DNA of 64,000 bases from Mobula hypostoma (taxonomy: Eukaryota). The stretch lies in assembly GCF_963921235.1 (NCBI RefSeq), contig NC_086097.1, forward strand, positions 104,658,001-104,722,000. The letters are read 5' to 3'. Shown piece by piece: positions 37,320 through 50,019 of the stretch (positions within the stretch are counted from its first letter, which is position 1; every line of letters starts with the position of its first letter). Below the pieces are notes generated by a model. That model had not been told where the DNA came from. It did no database searches and was given only the letters and a program-made list of their open reading frames with translations. Made by a program: the position numbers and the translations under genes.

Positions 37320-38740
37320 CAAATGGTGCAGGAACTCAGCAGCTCAGGCAGCATCTGTGGAAATGAGTAAACATTGAACGTTTCTGGCCAAGACCCTTCT
37401 TCCGGATTTATAAGCGAGGGAGAAGACACTAGAATAAAGGGGTAGTGGATGGAGGATAGCTAAGGGGTTTTGTGGAGCCAGGTTTTAGGATAAGCATTAA
37501 TATGCTAAGATTGTAGCCCCAAACTGCCCACAATACTCCACGTGAGGCTTCACTGGTGTTTTATAAAGTCTCAGCATTACATCCTTGCTTTAATATTCAA
37601 GTCCTCTTAAGATGAATGTTAACATCGCATTTGCCTTCCTCAGACTGAACTGGCAAATTAACCTTTAGAGAATCCTGCACAAGGACTCCAAGACCCTTTA
37701 CACCTCAGATTTTTTAAAATTTTCTCTCCATCTGGAAAATAATCAACCCTTTCATTCCTTCTACCAAAGTTCATGACCATACATTCCTGACACTGTATTC
37801 CGTCTTGTGCCTGAGTCGGAGTCGGAGATCTGCCACTTCTTTGCCCAATCTCCTAATCTGTCTAAATCCTTCTATAGCCTCCCTGCTCCCACAAAACCAC
37901 CATCCCCTTTGACTATCTTTGAATGGTCTGCAAACTTTGCAACAAAGCCATCAATCCCATCATCCAAATTAGTGACATATAATGTAAAAATAAAGATGAA
38001 TTCCAATACAGACCTCTGTGGAACATCACTAGTTACTGGCAGCCAACCAGAAAAGTCTCCCTTTATTTCAACTCTTTGTCATCTGCCAATCAGCTGGTCC
38101 TCTATCCATGCTGTAATCTTTCCTGCTTATTAAACAGCCTCTTGTGTGACACCTTGTTAAAGGCCTTCAGAAACTCCAAGTACAAAGCATCAACCTGCAG
38201 ATACTGGAAATCTAAGTAACAGACAGAAAATGCTGGAGGAACTCAGCAGGCCACGCAGCATCTATAGAACAGAGTAAAATCAGTGTTTTGGGATGAGAAC
38301 CTTCAGCAGGATTGGACAAAAAAGATCAACCGATCTTCCTTTGTCTATCCTGCTCGTTATTTTTTCAATCCCTGAGTAATGAAAGCCAACTTAATGGCTT
38401 TTGAACCACCTCTATTGGAAACTTAGAGAGATCTTTGGATGTGGACCCTAGTATCCCTCTGGTCCTGCACACAACTTAAAATCCTGTCATTAGCTCTGTA
38501 TTCTGCCTTCAAATTTGAACGTCCAAAGTAAATCACTGCAATTTTCCAGGAGAAGCGCATGTAAATATCACGACGTTTTTGTACCTCCTGGTTGCTTGGG
38601 GCACAGCAGTGGGAGTAATGTTACAGTGGCAGAAACCTATGCAAACGTTACATAGTGGTTTACTAATCCCTCTAGCCTCCTACTTCTCCTCACCTGCCTA
38701 TCACTTCCCTCTGGGTCTCCTACTTCTTCCCTTTCCCTCA
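37320..38740. mobile_element. Mosaic of old CR1(-) fragments and Penelope pLTR remnants
   Basis: ggaactcagcag..ggcagcatct pLTR ends near 37330 and 38235; CR1 RT remnants at about 37500-38370. Confidence 0.65.
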
Positions 38741-39120
38741 AAAATAAGTATATCGCCTTGGATACTTTTGTGGGGGATGACCTCCCTGGAAAATGCTATG
38801 GCGACTGGGTTAAAAGCACTGAGCATAGGTCAGTGGTGCATAAGGGAAAGAGAGATAAGAAGGGAGCGGTAGTGATAGGGGACTCACAGTGAGGGGAATA
38901 GACTGGAGATTCTGTGGATGTGAACGGGACACCTGAGTGATATGTTGCTTCCCAGGTGCCAGGGTCAAGGATGTGTCAGATCATGTCCACAACATTTTGG
39001 AGAGGGAGAGAGATCGGCCAGGTGGCTTAAGACATATAGGTACCAATGATATGGGAAGGAAAAGCAAAGAGGTCCTGAAAAGAGAATTTAGAGAGCGAGG
39101 TAGAAAGCTGAGCAGTAGGA

Positions 39121-40750
39121 CAACCCAAGGCATTCTACAAGTATGTGAAGAGCAAGAGGATAAGACGTGAGAGAATCGAATGTGACAGTGGAAAAGTGTG
39201 TATGAAATCGGAGGAGGTAGCAGAGGTACTTAATGAATACTTTGCTTCAGTATTCACTACGGAAAGTGATCTTGGCGAAGGTAGGGATGACTTGCAGTGG
39301 ACTGAAAAGCTTGAGCATGTAGATATTAAGTAAGAGGATGCGCTGTAGCTTTTGGAAAGCATCAGGTTGGATAAGTCACTGGGCCCGGACGGGAAGTAGC
39401 CCAGGCTACAGTGGAAGCAAGGGAAGAGATTGCTGAGCCCTGGCGATGATCTTTGTATCATCAATGAGGACGGAAGAGGTTCTGGAGGATTGGAGGGTTG
39501 CGGATGTTTTTCCCTTATTCAAGAAAGGGGGTAGAGATAGCCAGGAAATGATAGGCCAGTGAGTCTTACTTCAGTGGTTGGTAAGTTGATGGAGAAGATC
39601 CTGAGAGGCAGGATTTATGAACATTTGGAGAGGCATAATATGATTCGGAATAGTTAGCATGGCTTTGTGAAAGGCAGGTCATGCCTTATGAGCCTGATTA
39701 AATTTTTTGAGGATGTGACTAAACACATTGATGAAGGTAAAGCCGTAGATGTAGTGCATATCGATTTCTGCAAGGCATTTGATAAGGCTTACTGATAAAG
39801 TAAGGACGTATGGGATCTAAGGGACGTTGCTTTGTGGATCCAGATCTGGCTTGCCCACAAAAGGCAAAGAGTGGTTGTAGACAGGTCATATTCTGCATGG
39901 AGGTCGGTGACCAGTTGTGTGCCTCTGTTCTGGGACTCCGTGATTTTTATAAATGACCTGGATGAGGAAGTGAAGGGATGGGTTAATATAGAAACATAGA
40001 AAACCTACAGCACAATACAGGCCCTTCAGCCCACAGAGTTGTGCCGAACATGTCCCTACTTTAGAAATTACTAGGCTTACCTATAGCCCTCTATTTTACT
40101 AAGCTCCATGTGCCTATCTTCAAGTCTCTTAAAAGACCCTATCTTATCCATCTCCACCGCTGTTGCCGGCAGCCCATTCCACGCACTCACCAAGAGCTGG
40201 ACAGTTGATTGGCAAAAGGGATATGAGAGGATCATGGGACAGGAGGTTCTTTTTCTCTCTCTCCTTTTTCTCCCTCTGTCCCTCTCACTATACCCCTTGC
40301 CCATCCTCTGGGCCTTTTCCCCCCTCCCCCTTTTCTTTCTCCCTAGGCCTCCTGTCCCATGATCCTCTCATATCCCTTTTGCCAATCAACTGTCCAGCTC
40401 TTGGCTCCATCCCTCCCCCTCCCACTTTCAAATCTCTTACTAGCTGTTCTTTCAGTTAGTCCTGACGAAGGGTCTAGGCCCAAAATGTTGACTGTACCTC
40501 TTCCTAGAGATGCTGCCTGGCCTGCTGCGTTCACCAGCAACTTTTATGTGTGTTGCTTGAAATTCCAGCATCTGCAGATTTCCTTGTGAGGTCTTTTAAG
40601 AGACTCCTCGATAGGTACATGGAGCCTAGAAAAATAGAGGGCTATGAAAAATAGAGCTAGGTTGTTCTAAGGTAAGGACATGTTCGGCACAGATTTGTGG
40701 GCCGAAGGGCCTGTATTGTGCTGTAGGTTTTCTGTGTTTCTATGTTTCTA
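39121..40750 (+). mobile_element. Nested CR1 fragment containing an antisense CR1 3' end (39988-40190) and a Penelope pLTR (40190-40590)
   Basis: PKAFYKYVKSKR, RPVSLTS; CR1 tails in both orientations; pLTR with an inverted ~57-bp duplication. Confidence 0.75.
40458..40493 (+). ncRNA. Degenerate minimal hammerhead motif in Penelope pLTR
   Basis: agtc-CTGACGA-a-gggtctaggccc-aaaatgtt-gact. The CUGANGA core and helix II are intact; GAAAC and GUC are mutated. Confidence 0.5.
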
Positions 40751-43700
40751 GGATCTCCGAGGTAGTAATTTCTGGATTGCTGCTTGTGCCACACGCCAGA
40801 GAGGGTAGATAGGATGATTTGGCAGATAAATGTGTGGCTGAGAACCTGGTGCAGGGGGTAGGGCTTCAGGTTCTTCGATTATTTGGATCTGTCTATTTGG
40901 ATAGCTATGACCTATTCAAAAGTGACGCTTTGCACCTGAACTTGAGGGGGACCAATATTCTTGCAGGCAGGTTTGTAAGAGCTGTTAGGGAGGGTTTAAA
41001 CTAATTTGGCAGGGGTGGGAACTGAAGTGCAGGAACTCAGGGTAGGACAGGTGGTAAAAAAAAGTAAAAATAGCGTGCAGTCAGGCTGTCAGAAAGGTCA
41101 GGCAGGTAATGGGACTTAGTTGCAGCCAACATGCTAAGTATCAAAACATTAAGGATGCAGAAACTGGAAGAATAGTAAATACAGTACTCAAGGTACTGTA
41201 TCTAAATGCACGTAGTATAAGAATTAAGGCGGATGATCTTGTTGCACTATTACAGATTGCCAGGTATGATGTTGTAGCCATCACTGAATCGTGGCTGAAG
41301 GAGGTTTGTAGTTGGTAGCTGAATGTTGAAGGTTAGATGTTATATCGGAGGGATAGGAAGGTCGGCAGAGGGGGTGGTGTGGCTCTACTGGTAAAGAATG
41401 GCATCAAATCAGTAGAAAGATGTGACATAGGGTTGGAAGATGTTGAATCCTTGTTGGTTGAGTTAAGAAACTGCAAGGATAAAAGGACGTTGATGGCAGA
41501 AATGAGAGTGAATATAGGACCATTAAAAAATGAGGCGGGAGAAATGATAACGGGGGACAAGGAGATGGCTGATGAAGTAAATGAGTATTTTGCATTAGTC
41601 CTCACTGTGGAAGACACTAGCAGTATGTCTGATGTTGTAGTGTGTGAAGGAAGAGAAGTGGGTGCAGTTAGAAGAGAGAAGGTGCTCAAAAAGCTGAAAG
41701 GCCTATGATTACATAAGTCACCAGGACCAGAGGAACTGCACCTTAGGGTTCTGAAAGAAGTAGCGTTAGAGATTGTGGTGGCATTAGAAATGATCTTTCA
41801 AGAATTATTGGACTCTGGCATGGTGCCAGAGTACTGGAAAATTGCAAATGTCACTCCACTCTTTAAGAAAAGAGGATGGCAGCAGAAAGGAAATTATAGA
41901 CCGGTTAGCCTGATCTGAGTGGTTGGGTAGATGTTAGAGTCATTTGTTCGGGATAAGGTGATGGAGTACTTGGTGACACAGGACAAGATAGGACAAAGTC
42001 AACATGGTTTTCTTCAGGGAAAATCCTGCCCAACGAAACCTGTTGGAATTCTCTGAGAAGATTACAAGTAGGATAGATAAAGGGGATACAGTGGATGTTG
42101 TATATTTGGACTTTCAGAAGGCCTTTGATAAGGTGCCACACATGAGACTACTTACCAAGTTAAGAGCCCCATGGTATTACAGGAAAGTTACTAACATGGT
42201 TAGAGCATTGGCTGACTGGTAGGAAGCAGCGAAAGGGAGTAAAATGATCCTTTTCTGGTTGGCTGCCAGTGACTAGTGGTGTTCCGCAGGGGTCGGTGTT
42301 GGGATCACTTCTTTTATGCTGTATATAACTTATTTAGATAATGGAATAGATGGCTTTATTGCCAAGTTTGCAGCTGATACGAAGAGTGGTGGAGGGGCAG
42401 TAGTATTGGAGGAAACAGGTTGGATGCAGAAGGACTTAGCCAGATTAGAATGAACAGGAAAGTGGCAAATGAAATACAATATTGGAAAATGCATGGTCAT
42501 GCACTTTGCTAGTAGAAATAAATGTGTGGACTATTTTCTAAACAGGGAGAAAATCTAAAAATCTGAGATGCAAAGGGACTTGGAAATCCTTGTGCAGAAC
42601 ACCCTTGCAGATTGAGTTGGTGGTGAGGAAGGCAGATGCCACATTAACATTCATTTCAAGAGGTCTAAAATACAAGAGCAAGGATGTGATGCTGAGGATT
42701 TTTAAGGCAATGGTAAGGCCTCACCTTGGGTATTGTGAACAGTTCTGAGCCACTGATCTTAGAAAAGATGTGCTGGGTTGGAGAGAGTCGAGAGGACGTT
42801 CATAAGGATGATTCCAGGAATGGAGGTGTTATCATACGAGGAATGGTTCTGAGTATGTACTTGCTGGAATTCCGAAGGATGAGAAGGGATCTAATTGAAA
42901 CCTCTCGAATGTTGAAAGGCCTGGATAGAGAAGATGTGGAAAGGATGTTTGTTTCCCATGGTGACAAGAGGGCACAGCCTCAGAATAGAGGGACGCCCCT
43001 TCAAAACAGAGATGCGGAGAAATTTCTTTAGCCAAAGGGTGGTGAATTTGTGGAATTTGTTGCCACGTGCAGTCATGGAGGTCAGGTCGTTCGGTGTACT
43101 GAAGGCAGAAATTGATAGGTTCTTGATTGGACAGGGTATCAAAGGTTATGGGAACTGGCGTTCAGGAGGAGAAGAAAAAAGGATCATCCATGATTGAATG
43201 GCAGAGCAGACTCGATGGGCTAGATTGCATAATTCTACTCCTATGTCTTATGGTCTTTCGCCTGTCACATTCCTTCCTCACCCACCTGGATTTTTAGGAG
43301 CACCAGCTCAACCCTTCCCTTGTGTCCCAACACCCTGCCATTTCAATCCATCTGCCTGGCGTTAAATTCTGAACTCTGGTCACTGGACTTGGGAAGGGTT
43401 TGTTCTGAGAACATCAGTCTTGCAATGGACTTGAGTTAAATATTGTGGTTTTGTCATAAATAAATCAGTTCTATTTTAAATCTCGTGTCTCTCATGCTTA
43501 CTGACTCTGCAGAACACTCATTGTGTAGTAGAAATGCCATCCTGCCCCTCTAGCCCCTGTCAGTGTTCCTGATCCGTCTCTTCCCGTCTCTGTTCACTCA
43601 GATTCTCCTTAAATCCATCCCTGCTGCCCAGCTCAGGCTACCCTTGTATTGACAGGTTCTGAATGGTCACCAATCTGGATGAAGTGATGTCACTGATCAA

Positions 43701-44289
43701 CTAGTCAACTGGTGAGCCTCCTTCACAACTATTGGCCAGTAGCACTCACATCTGCGCTAACTGCCTATATCCTTTCCTTCTCTTGAAAGTCACCTAGTTA
43801 CACGCCTACTCCAACCAAGATGTGACTACACCTCTGTAACTCCTGCCTATCACCAGATTATTCCTGAAGATGATGGAAGATTTTGTCATCGAAATGTCTC
43901 CCCAACCCCCTTCTAAATCCCATTCACTCCCCATCTTTGGATCACCCTATCCTATCCCCAATAGCCCGTTCCTGGGTCACATCATTCACCTTCACCCCCT
44001 GTACTTGGGTTATCAACTTCCCCACATTCTACTCAACGTCATTTTAAACTCACCTCCCATCCTGTCTCGTGGTCGCCATCTTTCGCCAACCTCTTCTGGT
44101 TCACCAGACCTACCAATGTTTGAATCGCTTTTTACATGTTACCATCCCTCTCCTCTCCCTGGAGCCTCTGGATTGCCCATTCCCATTTCCTCACCTGTCA
44201 CTGGATCACCTTCTTCCCCACTCACTCACTGTCTCCAATCGCCCTCCCTCATCTCTGGATCTTCATCTTCACCCTTCCTGATGCCAGTA

Positions 44290-45625
44290 CATCCTTTCAT
44301 AGATTATGGGCCCAGAACTGCTCACAATACTCCAGATGAGGCCTCACCAGTGATTTATAAAGCCTCCACATTACATTCCTGCTTTCATATTCTAGTGCTC
44401 TCAAATTGAATGCTAAGATTGCATTTGCCTTCCTCACCACTGACTTAACCTGCAAATTAACCTTTGGGAATCCTGCACAAGGACTCCAAGCACCTTTGCA
44501 CCTCAGATTTTTGATTTTTTTTTCCATTTAGAAAGTATCATACAAAAGTGCATAAACTCCCCGACACTACCTTCCATCCATCACTTTTTTGCCCTTCTCC
44601 AAATTTGCCTAATTCCCTCTAATACCTTTCTCTATCTGCCCTTCACCTATTTTCATATCGTCTGCAAACTTCACCACAAGGCTATCAGTTCTGTCATACA
44701 AATTGTTGACATATACGTAAAAAGAAGTGGTCCTAACTTATACCCTGTGGAAAACCACTAGGCACCGACAGCCAACCAGAGAAGGTTCCCTTTGTTCCCT
44801 CTCATTGTGCCCAGCCAATCAGGCAGTTCTCTATCCGTGCTAGCATCTTTCCTGTAATATCATGGGCTCTTAACTTGATAAGCAGCCTCCTGCGTGGCAC
44901 CTTGTCAAAGGCCTTCTGAAAGTGCTCAGCATCCTCCAATTCTATCAGGCAAAATTTTCCTTAAGGAAACAACAATGACTATGGCTTATGTTATTATGTG
45001 CCTCCAAGTAGCCCTGAAACCTCACCCTTAACAATCGACTCCAACATCTTCCCAACCATTGAGGGCAGACTAACTAATCTATAATTTTTGTTCTTCTGCT
45101 TCTCTCCCTCCTTGAAGAGCGGAGTGACATTTGCAATTTTCAAACTGTGCCACAATCAATTGATTCTTGAAAGATCATTACTAATGCGACACACTCTCTT
45201 CAGCCACTTCTTTCAGAGTCCTGGCGTGTATGTCATCCGGTCCAGATGACATATCTATCTTGAGACCTTGCAGTTTCTCAGGGAGCTTCTCCCTAGTAAT
45301 GGAAACTTCACACAATTCATCACCTGACACTTTTGAACTTTCAGCGTCCTGCTATTATCTTCCACAGTGAAAACTGATGAAAAATACTTACTCATTTCGC
45401 TCACCTTATCCCTTTCCCCCATTACTACCTCTCCAACATTATTTTGCAACGGTCGGATATGTGCTTTCGTCTCTCTTTTACGCTTTATTTATCTAAAGAA
45501 ACTTTTGGTGTGCTCTTTAATATTACTGTCTAAGCTTACCTTCATATTCCATCTTTCCTTCTTAATCACTTCTTAGTTGCCTTCTTTTGGGATTTAAAAT
45601 TTTCCAAATCCTCTAAATTCCCATT
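44290..45625 (-). mobile_element. Degraded CR1 ORF2 fragment
   Basis: [43 protein letters not shown]. Confidence 0.8.
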
Positions 45626-45785
45626 ACACTACAGTCTTGCTGTAGTGACCTGGGTTTGATCCCCGGTCCAGCTTCGCTCACTCCTCGGCCTAATCCTCGC
45701 TCCCCGGCTTTCCTTGCAACTATTAATAAACACACTTCTGTTAATACTACCTACGGGTTGGTGTCCTGCTCTTGTACCACATACA
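45626..45785 (+). mobile_element. LTR 3'-end remnant related to the 58378-59061 LTR, including tRNA-like arms
   Basis: agtgacctgggtttgatccccggtc...aatcctcgctccccggctttccttgcaactattaataaacac aligns with about 58909-59000. Confidence 0.7.
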
Positions 45786-47980
45786 CTCTCTCTCAGATAT
45801 CCCAGTGCACTTTCCTCCCATTTCCAATCTCAACCATACCTCTCCTCCCACTCTTACATTCCCTTATATGACTCCCCTTACCCTCCCAATCCCCCTGAGC
45901 CCATCTACCCGCTCTCAATGCCCCATACAGGTTTTCATCCTTCCCAACCTATCCTATATCCTTCTTCATCCCATCTGAAACTCCCTCTCACCCCGGCCCT
46001 TGCACTCTCCTTCTTACACATATCCTCCCATTCTAATCTCAACTATACCAATCCTCTCCTTAAAGTCTCCCCTATATCATTGGCCACCCCCTCCCATTTC
46101 CCTATACCTTTCTAATACCCCTTCCAATCTCCCCTATGCACTTCTCTGCACCCTCCCAATCCTACATTACCTCTCTCTTCCTCTCATATTTTTTCCTTAT
46201 CCCTCTCCTATCACTCCCTATCACTCTCATATCCTTTTCTTCACCATCCCAATCTCTTTTATACCACTAAACCCCTATACCACTCTATCACCCCCAATCT
46301 CTATTATACCCTTCCCCTCCCAATCTCCTATACTTCTTTCCTCCCCATTCCATACCCACATACCCCTGGCTCTTGCCACCTTCCCCTATACCCCTCTCCT
46401 CCGACTCTCAGTTCACTATAACCTTCCCCTCCCCGACATGTTCCACTATACCCTTCTCCACACCATCTCAATTTCTTCTATTTTCAGTTCACTATACCCG
46501 TCTACACCCTCCTAACTTCCACTATGCCCTTCTCCTCCCCTTTCAGTTCTCTATACACCTCTCCACCCCATCCCAATTTCCCTTATACCCCTAACGCAAT
46601 GTCATACCCTTCGCCTCTGACTCCCAATTCACTATCCTTCCTGAGGCAACTGAGCTATTCTGGTGTACATTCTAACAGTCTGTTATCGCCAGTGCAATCT
46701 TCCATGCAGTAGTGTGCTGGGGCAATGGCATCAACACGGGCAATGTCAACAGGCTCAATAAACTGATTAGAAAGGCTGGCTCAATTATAGGAGTCAAAAT
46801 GACCACACTGGTGGCTGTGGTAGAATAAAGGACCCAACGGAAAATCCCAGCAATTCTGGACAACGTTTCTCAGCTCTGCATGCCACTTTGGCTGAAAAAA
46901 AGACCCAACTTTTAACACCATAATTTCATGAGATCAATAATGTTCAATATAACATATAATATATGTTAATATATATCCCCTTCCAAAGGGCCACTAGGCC
47001 CCTCCTCCTCCTGCCACTCCCCTACATCACTCCTACACCTCCTTTCTCTGATACTCCTCTCCGCCCCCTCCTAATCTCAATTATGCATCTTTCCTCTCCC
47101 CCACATTCCTCTGTGCTAATCTCTTTCACCTCCCAATCTCCCCTATACTACTCCACTTCCCAAAATCCCATATATTCGTCTCTTCCCCTGTCACATTTTA
47201 CTGTAACTCTCTTCCCCTCCCATTCTACCCTATCCGTTTATCCTCCCACCTAGTTCCCTATACGCTTGCAATCCCACTTCTATTCTCCCCTATAACCCTC
47301 TCCCTCCCCAATCTCAACTATATCCCACCTTCACCCATACCTCTTTCTTGCCCTTCAAGATCTCCACTATACCTCTCAAACCTCCAACATACCCATATCC
47401 CTCCTCTTCCCTGTCGATATTCCTATATACCATTCTCTTCCACTCAAAATCTCCCCCATACCTTGCCGCTCCTTAATCTCCCCCATACTTATCTCTTCCT
47501 CTTTTAATTTCTCCAATACACCACCTCTACCATATTCCCCTATAAACATCTTTTATCCCTCCCAAACTTTCCTATACCCCCTTTCCCCTTACCCATCTCC
47601 AACCACTCTCACCACTCCCAAACTACCATTTATCCTTCTCCTCCTCTCCCAATCTCCCTTATATCCCTAGGCCTTTGCCACTCTCCCCTACTCCCCTCTC
47701 CTCCAATTCCCAGTTCACGATATCATTTTTCTCCAATTCCAATCACCCCCTTAATATCCCCTATACTTACCTCCTTGCCTATATCATTCTTTTCCCACTG
47801 CTGTTCTCCCCATACTCCTTTATGCCCACTCGCAGTTCTCTGTTCCCCTCTCCTATTCTTCCCCTTTCTTCTCCCTCAATCTTTCTGATACACTTCTCCT
47901 CCGCCTGCGTTCCCTGAAGCCTTCTGTTACCCCTTCCAATCTTCTATATACCCTTCCGCACCCCTTCGAATAACCCCTAT
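45786..47980 (+). repeat. Pyrimidine-rich low-complexity tract (degenerate ccaatctcccctatac-like units)
   Basis: Strong C/T strand skew with recurring atctcccctata and ccctatacc words; a similar tract lies at about 43890-44290. Confidence 0.7.
46675..46900 (+). mobile_element. Rex1/Babar-type LINE RT C-terminal fragment
   Basis: SVIASAIFHAVVCWGNGINTGNVNRLNKLIRKAGSIIG...ILDN. Confidence 0.7.
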
Positions 47981-48304
47981 AAAAGAATTTTAGGATGAAT
48001 ACTGTATACATTTCTCTGAGATTAAATGTACCTATTGAAACCTATTGAAGCTAATCTTGGTGAGGACCCCTTCTAGGCGGGAGCCACAATCACATGGTCT
48101 CTAGCTCTGAGTCTCGTGCTGTAGCCCCCAAATTAGATCCAATGAATCAACAGTGGAGGAGGGGAGCAGCATCAAGTCTTGGTACATATTGGTACCAAAG
48201 GTATATGTGGACAATGTGAGGAGGTCCTGAAGAGAGACTTTAGCAAGCTAGGAATAAAGGTGAAAAACAGGATCTCCAGGGTAGTGCCTCTGGTTTGCTG
48301 CCTG

Positions 48305-49726
48305 TGTCATAAGGTGGGCATTGATGGCGGACCCAAATGCAAGACACAGACAGTGAAGTACAAGGAACAGGACTTGACTAGAGAGCTGGGGCAAAAACAC
48401 AGACTTGGGCTAGGACATTGGCTAGGCAAGCAGGACCAGTACAAGGAACTGGGAACTAGGAGCCTGAGCTTGGACTCCAAGCCAGAGACTGGACAGGGAC
48501 ATGGAACTTGGGTCTTGACTCTTGGCGAAGACATGTCGTGGCTACAGGACTGGACATGGCTTGGGTTCTTCATGGCTTGGGTACTTCGAGGCGATGACAT
48601 GATGAGGCTTGGGTTCTTCGAGGCGAGAACATGATGAGGCTTGGGTTTGGACTCTGAGCTAGAGACTGGACAAGACCCAGAACCTGGGTCTTCAGTTGGG
48701 CTTGGACTCCGGAACTAGGTGAAGACATGACGTGGTCTTGGGAGACAGGACTAGGCGAGGCTACAGGACAGAATGAGAGACTCCTGGGCAAGACGAGGGA
48801 ACTCCAATACAAGACGAAGCACATGGACAGGACGACAACATGAAGCCTCAACTTGGTACTCAGGAACAGCCGAGCCTTGGACTTGGGATGACAGGAACGT
48901 AGAACACAGAGCCTTGGTCTTGGGGAGGACAGGAACACAGAGCCTTGATCTAGAGCACGGGAACACGGAGCCTTGGACTTGAGAGACAGGAACATAGGGA
49001 CATGGAACACAGAGCCAGGACCCCTCCTTGGGAACAGGACTAAGAGCCGGGACTAGTACATGGAACACAGAGCCAGGACCCTTCCTTGGGAACAGGACTT
49101 GGGGCTGGGGATCTGCATAAAATGCTGAACACGATGATACGGTTCCCAATACTAGGTAGTGGCAAACCACCGGATGTACCTAGCAAAGGCATGGGCACAG
49201 AGATGGTTTCCAGCACTAGGTAGCGGCAAACAGCCGGACCTACCTAGTGAAGGCATGGACACAGAGACAGTTCCCAATACTAGATAGCGGCAAACGGCCA
49301 GAACTACCCAGTGAAGGTGTGGACACAGAGACAGTTCCAACTCAATGATAGACAGTTCCTTATCTTGACACAGCAAGGCTCCGGTCTCGCTCCGGTGGTT
49401 GAACTTGACAAAGTTGCAGGCAAGGCTTCAGACACAGGTTGCAGGCACGGCTTCAGAAGGAAGGGGAAAGGAAGGGAACAGTCCAGCCTCAGGGTAATGT
49501 CAAAGATGGCCTGACTTACCCCACGGAGGCGAGGACGGGATACTGACAAGACGAACCAGCCACCACACTCGAACTCAGGGCCACTTATATTCCCAGCCCC
49601 AAGACAAGCATCAGGTGCCTATGATTAAGCCCAACTGAAACAAGGGGCAGCCGGAAGACCCAGGGTCCGGAGTCCATGGACCGTACCGTGAAATGGAACA
49701 CGAACTTCATGGACCGGACCATGACA
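48305..49726 (-). mobile_element. Solo LTR (Gypsy-type, 1422 bp) inserted in a CR1 ORF1 remnant
   Basis: tgtcat...atgaca termini; 5-bp TSD GCCTG at 48300-48304 and 49727-49731; TATA (aatataag) on the minus strand near 49588; internal tandem repeats; 5' end tgtcatggtcc shared with the 58378 LTR. Confidence 0.85.
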
Positions 49727-49768
49727 GCCTGTGCTACACGCCAGTTACTTGATGAATAGGATGATTTG

Positions 49769-50017
49769 ACCATAAGATATAGGAGCAGAATCGGCCATCT
49801 TCTCCACCATTCAATCATGGCTGATCCTTTTTTCTATCTCCTCCTCAACCCCAGTTCCCGGCCTTCCCCCCGTAACCTTTGATGCCACATCCAATCAATC
49901 TCTGCCTTAAATGCACCAAATTACCTGGCCTCCACAGCTGCATGAGGCAAGAAATTCCACAAATTCACCACCCTTTGGCTAAAGAAATTTCTCCGCATCT
50001 GTGTTTTGAAAGAGCAC
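49769..50017 (-). mobile_element. CR1 3' end
   Basis: accataagatataggagcagaa tail; FKTQMRRNFFSQRVVNLWN. Confidence 0.8.
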
Positions 50018-50019
50018 CT

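Larger units (their letters stand above)
38745..43257 (+). mobile_element. CR1 LINE (ORF1 esterase, ORF2 with a large deletion at about 41497), interrupted at 39121-40750
   Basis: CCFPGARVKDV, HIGTNDMG...KLSSR|ISEVVISGLL, DALHLN, LYLNARSI, YLDFQKAFD; tail cctatgtcttatggtct; tagga duplicated at both junctions. Confidence 0.82.

Noticed and set aside
45656..47917. Pro/Ser/Leu-rich ORFs
   Set aside because: Low-complexity pyrimidine tract; the long open frames are a composition artefact.
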